The notes beneath the pieces were generated by a model that ran no database searches, was not told the DNA's origin, and was given only the letters and a program-made list of their open reading frames with translations. A DNA stretch of 64,000 bases from a virus. The stretch's first letter is position 1. Each line of letters begins with the position of its first letter. Location: positions 1 through 64,000 of the IMG/VR virus record IMGVR_UViG_3300032213_003587, one strand, 5' to 3'. Made by a program: the position numbers and the translations under genes. Below, piece after piece: positions 30,501 to 40,793 of this stretch.

Positions 30501-31584
30501 CAAATGCCGACGGTTCGGTGCCACCGCTGGTGCCGCCTTTGATGCAGACAAAATATCGACCTGCGGTGCTTTCCTGCACATAATCGCCAACAAGATATTG
30601 AGTACTACCGGTCCAATAGCCGCGGTTGTTTTTACGAGCTTCACGTACATCGAAACGGAAATTGTTGACTACATAGTTACCGCTTTCGTCAAAGGTTCGA
30701 CGAGCCAGGGTGTCTTCCAGCACATTATACAAGGCACGATTTTGAATTTTCAATACTACGCCGTTGAGGATTCGGATCAATTCAACAAATCCTTCAGTAG
30801 CAGTGTCTAGTTCATATTTCACAAATGCCGTACCAATCTTATAACGATGTGCGCCGGGCGCAGCATAGTTCAAGGTACCGTTGGCATTGTCAATCAAGGT
30901 ATTGTCTTCGTTTTCAGTGACTATGCTTTCCGTATATTGGATACCAATCTTGTAGCTGATGTTGGCGATGTCCACCACATATTTGTCCACAACAACCGTA
31001 CTCTGCGGTACACTGACAAAATGACCGGCCAGATAATATACACCTTCGTTGATCTGCGCTATCGCGCTGTAGTCCGGAGTAACCGCAGATGTGGCTTCGC
31101 TGACCACCACACTCAGGGATGCTTCACCAACAACAAACAGCTGCTGGCCAGCTAGAAATTTAAAGCCCGTGGTTTGATTGCTACCATCGGCCAAAACCTG
31201 ACCGCCGCTGACATAGGACACAATTAGAGTATCAGGATCCACACCATCGGTGGCCACTGTAGTAATGACATAGGCTCGCAGTCCCGAGCCATCAACATTC
31301 ACTGATATTTCCTTGCCTTCGAGATAACTTAGACTGTTACCACCGAGCGTGGTGCTGCCAAGTTTAACATAGCGAGTCCGGTCGTTGTAGCTAACCTGGC
31401 CGGGAATGACCATGCTGCCGTCTTTGAAAATGTGGTTACCAAATTTCGTGACCTGATTCTGCAGGATGCTCTGCAGCTGGTTCATCTCGCGAGCCTGAAC
31501 TGCTACGCCAGGACGAAACAGCACTCGATAGAACTGTTTAAATTCATCGAAATCATCAAAATATGGTGATGTATTGAAATCCAT
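24511..31584 (-). CDS. VrlC/DUF4815-type large baseplate structural protein
   Basis: FNTSPYFDDFD..K.FYRVLFRPG.AVQARE.NQLQSILQNQ, APGAHRYKI, LARRTFDESGNY, DNKRYTMKDIG, DPIAQSF, GSLFKSQ. Confidence 0.88.
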   Translation of the reverse strand: MDFNTSPYFDDFDEFKQFYRVLFRPGVAVQAREMNQLQSILQNQVTKFGNHIFKDGSMVIPGQVSYNDRTRYVKLGSTTLGGNSLSYLEGKEISVNVDGSGLRAYVITTVATDGVDPDTLIVSYVSGGQVLADGSNQTTGFKFLAGQQLFVVGEASLSVVVSEATSAVTPDYSAIAQINEGVYYLAGHFVSVPQSTVVVDKYVVDIANISYKIGIQYTESIVTENEDNTLIDNANGTLNYAAPGAHRYKIGTAFVKYELDTATEGFVELIRILNGVVLKIQNRALYNVLEDTLARRTFDESGNYVVNNFRFDVREARKNNRGYWTGSTQYLVGDYVQESTAGRYFVCIKGGTSGGTEPSAFASYDESSSITDSAGPVWRYTPTPVSNRGLYDPGATSAATRALANSSNLVLTFGPGKAYVKGYEVDTITNSFLTLPKSRATASSANVTIQTPAGNYIYIDKARSFGIPNTKLGSQVFFYDRPIGGPADPYKFGYGRKTGQGRIKYVDYDPSGGLKFGLFDVKMEPEKFFDRNVVSIVQPDTSVSVLTKNYNISGSVRYVGGTSGFVFSQADGGAAYGSASAGNDFTVTGVSVSFHTQFRVGDLVCFGTSANLSKYFITNIANSSTMTLNGSSIAAMTVGMTSIHVRLPFQTVLGVGDGGSSAAVATKFLSELRPGDTMRIGSATGIVVSITSDARLQLSSISTTAQRHEIASASTANTIAAVGTSGIQPEILYTAQTAAFASEVYSNYNLGINAKKLSGLWTVTSFSGTATNVTSHASIRLTGTLDGKLATEARVGDLISVNDQRLVLTFISSNSLGYAIRMDTSIVGSATAQYPIFRINNVIAEAGNDSLVFKVADSVQSMRNSVYQVYTTYAWTQTATNSSLVFTLSAGQGGNNQDSLATSDPNYFIIARRDLSNLSNPIGVQSVSTGAGGVVTVTSTGSFVASGNYIMIYPVYRSSADVNSLGGRKTKTLVLDANTTYLSSSNAQKSVLTLDNTDVYRINKILMYSSFAAAWPATFTAADVQDITENYTFDDGQREIFYDYGTLTLKSGRPVPTGSVRVFYDYFSHSTGDYFAYSSYDNNYVPYEATPKYRGQNLRDTLDFRPSITANDIEVPRYGTGFLTNVTYYLGRKDKVLLDQNGTFYTVSSPSSLNPVTPEVSNDNAVQLYDLELVPYTPDTGWPSLRTKKIDNKRYTMKDIGGIDKRLENLEVSTALSLLESKTSGLQIRDNLDPTLERYKTGFYVDNFGDATNADFTAGSKFSIDLDAQILTPHVSDNGFVLREKIAGVSPASTGDEIASIDGARTAAGSRYRVSGDLLTLDYTTTPLITQAVATTSLSVTPFLKYLFLNNIEVTPNTDIYTTPIRIDNIVSENTAVNQQQAVRNLRAAGDWRPYTISLNVVNTLLASKTVSELIPFCRANTILFKMKGMKPRAEHFVFFDDFDVGDRCNGAVKWSFVTLENLDTNTIRPNAGTAGEWGGYARWRSLAETYTVSGSTRTHYPTDYDDKMPSASYRDGNRKSLSRGAVMIMYENNVEVGSGIIMHQDGTTVYCVNGRGKMSEKFIRANATSNSGAGYNYSAATFRIGISTDNMRTLSNPTSVTPNNVCTGTTAGTFFSDDKGNLIILFDLPDQDGARFITGQKPIVITDDVENSGDNWDSKATGSYTVEGFTVTTTNSYHSTKTFVANPYDPIAQSFKLPESFTSGCFVTDVDFFFAEKPLVQQAPLRVEIRPCDLTGRPSGTEIVPGSIVTLYPDDINVDSTGQTPTKFTFEVPVYLLPDQYYAIALKSDCVYYKVWVATLGQFDISNPNRMHNSQTLLGSLFKSQDGQVWTEDQFSDIKFTLNRAVFNKDTVANAYVVNEAYPGQSIDSDPFIFTHSSNLVRVKHENHGFRNGDFVRFSSEYWKGQYENAIAANTTATFPGTNIDVSTIFGSTLIYDQVSNNDTSGRFQVSEVTLNTYVINLGTTYVDLSVGSILYPPSRGSGGNDIIAYGNLQYHVAIPGGKILNFQETETRFEVDTVRGITYDTNPSSTDYGITNQTTNINTPTIFDEPKVILSPINEGLKHPGTSTYANGEAWQHSFVGKFVLSSTSDQVSPVIDLSTLHVRTITHNVNNPTVSSRLYNSGSTLPAGNSAAAPTLVKNVITENNQAVFFDAASTSISGTAGTFSSVVPGSYVTVAGNAPYNVNTSTGYLVTGVSQDGSQIFVSGNLINVGTGYNNTIVQYQDFIDEIGTSFGSLQNKYASKKINLANAASQLKMILEACIPQEADFDVYYKIGPALSDFTLRPWKKFTPLPTIVKSTKRDDFSEITIDITDFDSQGNAKDLPTFTAFQVKIAMRTTNGAKLPQFKNLRVIAHA

Positions 31585-31600
31585 GGTTGTCCTTGATGCC

Positions 31601-33028
31601 TTAGAAGTTTATGACAATATTTATTTTTTCGTTCTGACCGGCCTGACGAGTTACGGGCTGGCGATAATCCAGATAAAGCACTTCGCCGCTGTAGGGCTGA
31701 AGTTCTGGTAGATATGCAGTAGTTCCATTGCTGCTGTTGATGGTGTCGGCATAACTGATGCCGGAGATATTTTCACCGTTCTGGAACTGTTTTAAATTCT
31801 TGGTAGCGACATTCAGGGTGCTCAGCAGTATGTTGTTGGGCACATCTGCGGGCACTGGTTGAATGTATTGAAGTTGGGTAGTACCGGAACTCTGGAACAC
31901 CGCAATACCAATGGCAGCGGAACTACCGCCGAGCAACGTGATGTCCGGTGTAACCGAAGCTGTGGATGTTACATTCAGGCTACGACTGATGCGACCGGTG
32001 CTGCCGGTGGCAATTGTACCCGTACTGGTTATGGTGCTAGCCGTATAGGTAAAGGGATTTTTAATCAGCGCCACTGAACGGAAATCCTGATTTACCGGCA
32101 CGTCGTTGTTTTGATAGCCGCTGATAGTGCCGGCCATCATTACATTGAAAGCCGAACATTCTTGACGCAGGTTGCTGCCATGACCGCCGCTGGGAGCAAT
32201 AATGGCAGTTGAGCTGGCAGCAGATCCGGCGCCAGTAATCACCACCTTGGCCCAGGTATAGCCCGTGCCAGGATTGGTTACTGTGATGGTGCTGATGCTG
32301 GAACCGCTGATGGTTGGTATGGCTGCGCAGCCCACACCGTCGCCATAGACTGCAATGGTAGTACCAGCGGTTGTATAGCCCGAGCCGGCAGCGTCTACCA
32401 GGATAACATGGATGCCGTTGCTGGTGGCGATGCTCTGCGTAGTTGGTACTGGAATGTAGGTTGATGTTACAAAATCAACTTCCGATGCCGGAATATTATA
32501 GAGATACTTCCAGACATAACCATCGGCTGTAGTCTGTGGATCTGTGCCAGTGGTAGTGGGTTCTACTGTGCTAAATCTAGCAGTAGGTTGCAGTGCGCTC
32601 TTGCCGTTGTATATACACTTATAGACATTGCCCGTGCTGGTTACATACACAATCATGTTGCTATCTGCCAGATTAAATACACCGTTTACCGTAGGATTAC
32701 TGGCATTGATGTTATGCTGGTACATGTCATACTTGGTGGTAGGCAACCAATTGTAGCGCACCGTAGCCAGTCTAACATCGTTGTTGAATACTCGCACACC
32801 GGCCATGGCATCGCGCCAGAACGCTGTTTCATTGACCTGATTGTCATAAGGGCTGGGCGGATTATTGTCGCCGGGCGTTCCGTTGGTTTGATTGCCGAAC
32901 GTAGTGCTGTAGCTGGTGTCGCTCCAGCTCTGCGGACGACCAATCACCATGTACATGCTGTCGGTGGTAAAGGTCTGTGCAAAACTGCTGGCTGCGTTTA
33001 CTCGAAATTTATTGGTTACTATGGCCAT
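31601..33028 (-). CDS. gp8: Baseplate wedge subunit
   Basis: IVTNKFR, IGRPQSW, VYKCIYN, TADGYVWKYLY, P.GGHG, SGEVLYLDYR.PVTR...QNEKINIVINF. Confidence 0.9.
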   Translation of the reverse strand: MAIVTNKFRVNAASSFAQTFTTDSMYMVIGRPQSWSDTSYSTTFGNQTNGTPGDNNPPSPYDNQVNETAFWRDAMAGVRVFNNDVRLATVRYNWLPTTKYDMYQHNINASNPTVNGVFNLADSNMIVYVTSTGNVYKCIYNGKSALQPTARFSTVEPTTTGTDPQTTADGYVWKYLYNIPASEVDFVTSTYIPVPTTQSIATSNGIHVILVDAAGSGYTTAGTTIAVYGDGVGCAAIPTISGSSISTITVTNPGTGYTWAKVVITGAGSAASSTAIIAPSGGHGSNLRQECSAFNVMMAGTISGYQNNDVPVNQDFRSVALIKNPFTYTASTITSTGTIATGSTGRISRSLNVTSTASVTPDITLLGGSSAAIGIAVFQSSGTTQLQYIQPVPADVPNNILLSTLNVATKNLKQFQNGENISGISYADTINSSNGTTAYLPELQPYSGEVLYLDYRQPVTRQAGQNEKINIVINF

Positions 33029-33055
33029 TTTAAACCTGCTGGTGAATTATAGGGT

Positions 33056-33063
33056 TATTTATC
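33056..33063 (-). promoter_or_regulatory. Late promoter variant GATAAATA
   Basis: NATAAATA in the gp7-gp8 intergenic region. Confidence 0.6.
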
Positions 33064-33064
33064 A

Positions 33065-34840
33065 TTACCGACCAACGGTAACAATGCTTAATAGATCCGA
33101 ACTTGTTGTGGCAAATATAGAATCTGAACTTACTGCTATACTTACCGAAATGGTTTCCGCAGTACTGGCGGAACTTCCTTGAAACAATATGCTAAATCTG
33201 CTGTAGCTCTGCGCTCTATTGGCATTATAGGGGCGGAACTGGTAAATATTTGTAGTCAACGTCGATGTTGCGGTTGACGTTGTATAGCTATAGGAAGTAG
33301 CAATCATGTTGCTGCTGCTATAGAATGTTAGTTTAGGATAAAGCTGCGAACTTCCTAGAGCAACGCTGCGATAATTTCTCTGTACCTCATCCGTTATATT
33401 TATTGGACCTGCTGCTATCAAACTTGGAATAGTATTGGGAGATTCCGCAGTAACTGACACACTCAGCACGTTGGCCAGTTCGTTGCTGGCATTGCCCGTA
33501 GGATCCTTAACCCAAGTAGTCATCAATACCATGCTGCTGACCGCAGTAATGCTGGTGGTAAAGCTGGCAATTACCGCATTGGCAGTTAGCGTCATGGCGC
33601 TGGTGTTGCGATAACGATCGTTGACAACCGCAAAGTCCACGCCGTTGCCAGTGGTAATAATCTGCTGACGATTGCCCACGCCGGGGCGAACTTTATCAAA
33701 ACTCGGACCCGAGGGCAGAATTATTTGACGCAGAGTTCCGTAGATGGCTTCGTCGCCGTCTTTCTGCAGAGCAAACGTAACTTTTTCTCCGGGATAGTTG
33801 TAGTTGACGTCGTAGCTAATATCGCCAGCCTGTGTTGTTGCGCTGGTGCCGGTGCGAAAGTCTGCGAGTCGATCAAAGCTGTAGCCCGGAGCAATGTAAA
33901 ATTCATTGCGAGTAGCATAGCGCACCGTAGTTTCAACTCTGGTGGTGCGGGCAAAACTCGATGTGGCATTGACTGCAATGGTTGAGTCCAGCAGCAGATC
34001 GTTGAACAGGATCAGGCCCGCGGGATGCAGTTCTTTTAATACTGCACCAGCCCAGGTATCACGACCAATGCGACTTCTCAGTACATAGCTGAACTGCTGA
34101 AAATAATAGCTGTCTTGAATGACCTGATCACTGCTCAGCATGCTGCGGGTATTTTGAAATTTACCGGTCGCTGTTTCCAGTGGTCGTGTCAACAACATGG
34201 TGACCTGGCTGCTGGTGCGATCCGACCAATCCCAGGCTGTGGCTGTTAAAGTTTCGCCGCTGACAAAGGTGCCGGCAATGCTGCTGGGCTGTACAATCAG
34301 TTCCCAGGTATTGATCCCTCGATTAACTTTGCGCGAAACATTGATTACAGCGCGAGCCTTGGAAGTTGCTCCGGTAATTACGGTGTGCACTGAACTTGTT
34401 GGATCGCCGCTGATTTTGGTGACTGTTAGCTTTTGTTCAGTGTACCAGTTGTTGTCCGACGGCTTGAACAGAATGGCATTGGGATAAAATATCGTAATGT
34501 CATCGTTGTAGAAGGCTCGGAAGAAAAACTTGAAGGTATCTTCACTGCCCTTTTTCTGATAAAAATCTCGAAAATATTTTACAATGATGCTGCGATCCGC
34601 TGCCGGTTGTATGGGCATGCCCGGGGCATACATCTCCACAAACTTGGTTAGCAGACTGCTGACCGTAGTATCAACGTCGTTGTTGACTCGAATGTTTTGT
34701 ATGATGGCCTGCGGATTGCCGCCCTGCTCCAGCCATTCAAAATATTTGGTGACAAATACTACAAAGATAGGATAGTATTCCTGAACATAGTCGGGAATTT
34801 GTCGCGGAAGAAACGCGGTAACGGTTTGACTTGTTATCAT
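33065..34840 (-). CDS. Baseplate wedge initiator (gp7-like)
   Basis: QIPDYVQEYYPIFV.FV.KYFEW, FYQKKGSE, IQDSYYFQQFSYVL, LHPAG; lies between gp6 and gp8. Confidence 0.8.
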   Translation of the reverse strand: MITSQTVTAFLPRQIPDYVQEYYPIFVVFVTKYFEWLEQGGNPQAIIQNIRVNNDVDTTVSSLLTKFVEMYAPGMPIQPAADRSIIVKYFRDFYQKKGSEDTFKFFFRAFYNDDITIFYPNAILFKPSDNNWYTEQKLTVTKISGDPTSSVHTVITGATSKARAVINVSRKVNRGINTWELIVQPSSIAGTFVSGETLTATAWDWSDRTSSQVTMLLTRPLETATGKFQNTRSMLSSDQVIQDSYYFQQFSYVLRSRIGRDTWAGAVLKELHPAGLILFNDLLLDSTIAVNATSSFARTTRVETTVRYATRNEFYIAPGYSFDRLADFRTGTSATTQAGDISYDVNYNYPGEKVTFALQKDGDEAIYGTLRQIILPSGPSFDKVRPGVGNRQQIITTGNGVDFAVVNDRYRNTSAMTLTANAVIASFTTSITAVSSMVLMTTWVKDPTGNASNELANVLSVSVTAESPNTIPSLIAAGPINITDEVQRNYRSVALGSSQLYPKLTFYSSSNMIATSYSYTTSTATSTLTTNIYQFRPYNANRAQSYSRFSILFQGSSASTAETISVSIAVSSDSIFATTSSDLLSIVTVGR

Positions 34841-36684
34841 GCTGTGGTTGATACTACGCTGATGGAAACACCGTTGATGGCAGCGGTGCTGGCATCACCC
34901 CGAGTATCATCCAACACCAAAATTTCCTTGTTGGCTGGCAAAAGATCGCGACTTGTTTCTTGAATGTTGGTGGTTATGCGAATGGTGTTTTCACCAAGAT
35001 AACCGCCGATGTTTAAATTGGTGATGGTTACTCGACCCGTGCCATAGTTTACTGTGCCCAGAGTTGCCTGCACAGTATTGGTAGCCGAATCATATAAATT
35101 AATTGCGCCGTTGCCTTCGTAGTTCGGTGGATTGCTGTCCGGAGCATCGCCAAGATATGCAGAAATAAAATTAGTACCGTTGTTATACAAGAACAACGTA
35201 CTGACCAATTCTGCGGGATGGATCTTGCCAGGGAATTGTAGTGTGGCACTAAAGGATTCGCCTACCACCGGAGATATGCGTTTCTGTTGTCGCAGGATCA
35301 AAATACTGCTGATGATGCTGGGATCCATGTTTTGGATTTCGTCCTGCAGCTGTGACGCAAAAAAGCCGGCATTGAATCTTTCCAACTGCGAACTAAAGTA
35401 TTCAGTGACTTTTTGTGATGCCAGGCCACTGAGCTGCTGTGCGGTTCTTGTAGTCAGGGCCGTGCGGTACTTAACATAGACATCTACGCCAACATAGGTA
35501 TATTCTGGATCAACGAAAGCATACTGTAGTGTGGGCATGCTGCGGGGCTGCAGGGTATCGGTCACCAGACGAATTTTTTCTACGTCGGTTAATACATAGC
35601 CGTCGTAGGGCTTGATGCTGATAAACACTGTACCGTAGCGCGGTGGTACATTGGCTTCACCGCCCCATACACTCACACTTTCCGCGGCCGGCAAGGCCTG
35701 CTGTATGGCTGTGGCAAAGTCTGTGGCTGTAACTGTGCGATTGCCGCTGACATAGTTATTGCGGGCATTGAAACGAATCTGGTCAGTGGTTTCTGCATCC
35801 TGTCCGCCGGTGGGCGAACTGATGGTGGCAATGTAGCGATCATTTTGCTCTTCACCTAAAATGGTGTTGGTGTACCAGCTTAGATTTACGTTGCCGCTGA
35901 TGTTGCCTTCGGTTCCACTGGTTACCACATAACGGGCTCGCACAACGTCACCGGGGCTGAGATTTTTACCCAGTATGCCGTCGCCAAAGTAGATCTGATA
36001 CTGGCCTTCGCTGTTCTCTTCGATGAAATATACGTTGCTTGACGCACTGAGTTTGGTGATGTCGGCCATCTCAGTAAAGGTTTCGTTGTAGCTGCCGCTG
36101 CCGCCGTACTGCACGCTGACCTGCAGAGTGCTGATATCCACATCGGTATTGGGAATCACAAACTTTACTGCGGGACTTACGCCGGCGGGTACGTTCCAGA
36201 AGAAGTCGATTTGACGGCCTTCCACAATCTCCACATTTTCAAAACTATATACGCCGCTGATGGGTTCCACAACATAGCTGTTGGGATTGAAAAAGTTATA
36301 GGTGGTATTGCCAATCTGTGTAGTAAATCTGGTGAATCTTTCCAAAGTGGCTATGTTGGGGCCGTTGGCTACGTTGGCTATGGCTACATTGACCGTGGCT
36401 CGGGCGGCTCGACGACTGCGCGGAGTATAGCTAAGATGCTTGGCTATGCTGGCCACCGAACTGCGTTTTAGCGCAGTATCAATGAACATTTCATTGCTGG
36501 CCATGTTGGCCAAGATAGCATTGTAGTGCGTATTATAGGCCAGCAGATCTACCAGCACGCTTAGGTTACTGCCCTCGAAATCGTAGTCTGTGAACTGACT
36601 TTGACTGCTGAGAAAGGTCCGTATATTGGTTTTTATTTGATCAAAGTCCAGCTCAGTGACTCTGATGTAGGGATTGGATGCCAT
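34837..36684 (-). CDS. gp6: Baseplate wedge subunit
   Basis: TELDFDQIK, FTDYDFEGSNLS.L.DLLAYNTHYN, IYFGDGILG, VWGGE.N.PP.YG.VFISIKP, VNYGTG. Confidence 0.95.
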   Translation of the reverse strand: MASNPYIRVTELDFDQIKTNIRTFLSSQSQFTDYDFEGSNLSVLVDLLAYNTHYNAILANMASNEMFIDTALKRSSVASIAKHLSYTPRSRRAARATVNVAIANVANGPNIATLERFTRFTTQIGNTTYNFFNPNSYVVEPISGVYSFENVEIVEGRQIDFFWNVPAGVSPAVKFVIPNTDVDISTLQVSVQYGGSGSYNETFTEMADITKLSASSNVYFIEENSEGQYQIYFGDGILGKNLSPGDVVRARYVVTSGTEGNISGNVNLSWYTNTILGEEQNDRYIATISSPTGGQDAETTDQIRFNARNNYVSGNRTVTATDFATAIQQALPAAESVSVWGGEANVPPRYGTVFISIKPYDGYVLTDVEKIRLVTDTLQPRSMPTLQYAFVDPEYTYVGVDVYVKYRTALTTRTAQQLSGLASQKVTEYFSSQLERFNAGFFASQLQDEIQNMDPSIISSILILRQQKRISPVVGESFSATLQFPGKIHPAELVSTLFLYNNGTNFISAYLGDAPDSNPPNYEGNGAINLYDSATNTVQATLGTVNYGTGRVTITNLNIGGYLGENTIRITTNIQETSRDLLPANKEILVLDDTRGDASTAAINGVSISVVSTTA

Positions 36685-37076
36685 TAGCGCACTCTCGTAA
36701 ATATGGTGTTGAAACGCAGGGGCTGTTCGGTGTTGCGTATTCTAAAAAGAATTTCAATTTCCAGGGCGTTTTCGTCTTGATTGGGACTGACCTGCACCTC
36801 TAAAAGTTCTACACGCGGTTCGTATTTGTTGATTACTGTGATGATGGTGCGTTCCGCAATAGTAATTACTACGGGCGTCAAACTTTCAAACATCAGACTG
36901 TGCAGTTGACAGCCTAGCTCGGGTTGAAAGGGTCGCTCATAGTTGCGTGTATGAATCAGATTTCTCAGACTGTTGCGAATCGCGGCTTCGTCGGCCTTGG
37001 TAGCCACATCGCGAGTTCGCGGATTGCGGGTAAAGGCAGCGTCTAGGTCGGTAAAGGTGCGGGTATTTCTGGTCAT
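36684..37076 (-). CDS. gp25: Baseplate wedge subunit
   Basis: FTDLD, AIRNSLRNLI.T...ERPFQPELG, YEPRV. Confidence 0.93.
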   Translation of the reverse strand: MTRNTRTFTDLDAAFTRNPRTRDVATKADEAAIRNSLRNLIHTRNYERPFQPELGCQLHSLMFESLTPVVITIAERTIITVINKYEPRVELLEVQVSPNQDENALEIEILFRIRNTEQPLRFNTIFTRVR

Positions 37077-37081
37077 ACCGT

Positions 37082-37089
37082 TATTTATC
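37082..37089 (-). promoter_or_regulatory. Late promoter GATAAATA, 5 nt before the gp25 ATG
   Basis: GGATAAATAACGGTATG; overlaps the PAAR stop codon. Confidence 0.6.
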
Positions 37090-37381
37090 CTCCGCAGTAC
37101 ACGTTAGCACTGCCCGCTGAAATAATACTTAGACATCCGCCGCCGATACCATCGCCTATTCTAGCCACGGGTCGACCGTTGACAAAGGTTTTTGCGCTGC
37201 CGCTGGCAACCACACCGATGTGAAAATCATCGTCGCAGCTGTGAGCCGGCCATAGATCACCAACCGCATGCATGGGTATGCCGTTGACAAAAACCGTGGC
37301 ATTGTTGCTAGCCGCCGAAGGTCGAGGCGGATAACAGTCGTGTCCTGAACACGGTACTCCGACAATTGCTACTGCTGCCAT
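37085..37381 (-). CDS. PAAR-repeat spike tip (gp5.4-like)
   Basis: CSGHDCYPP, VFVNGIP, H.C...H, GSAKTFVNGRPVARIGD, GSANVY. Confidence 0.92.
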   Translation of the reverse strand: MAAVAIVGVPCSGHDCYPPRPSAASNNATVFVNGIPMHAVGDLWPAHSCDDDFHIGVVASGSAKTFVNGRPVARIGDGIGGGCLSIISAGSANVYCGG

Positions 37382-37411
37382 AATCGTTCCTTATTCTGTG
37401 ATATTACAGGA

Positions 37412-37705
37412 TCAGCCATTTTTATTTTCAATAGTTAAAGGGAGAACCTGGTCTTTGCTAATAAAATCTGCAATCATTGATTGCATTTCTTCTTCATTTA
37501 ATTCCGGCGACATAACTTGTTCTGGGTTACCCCATGTTTGACTGCCGTCGGCGTGCACAGTAACTGTAGCCAATGGCGTGCCATGACATAAAGTCATATA
37601 TGATTCCCATGCTGCCTTCGCCAAAAGTTCTTTGGCTTGTTCAAAATTATCGGCATCTGAATATGTGCCTTGATATGGATTGTGTACTCTATATACTGTG
37701 ATCAA
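37412..37705 (-). CDS. Hypothetical protein, possible fibre/adhesin chaperone
   Basis: 97-aa AT-rich ORF, TTG start with GGAG RBS, directly after the glycine-rich adhesin. Confidence 0.5.
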   Translation of the reverse strand: MITVYRVHNPYQGTYSDADNFEQAKELLAKAAWESYMTLCHGTPLATVTVHADGSQTWGNPEQVMSPELNEEEMQSMIADFISKDQVLPLTIENKNG

Positions 37706-37756
37706 AATGATATCTCCAAATTGTTATAACAAGTAAAAATTACTATATTTCCATAA

Positions 37757-40792
<3,036 letters not shown>

Positions 40793-40793
40793 A

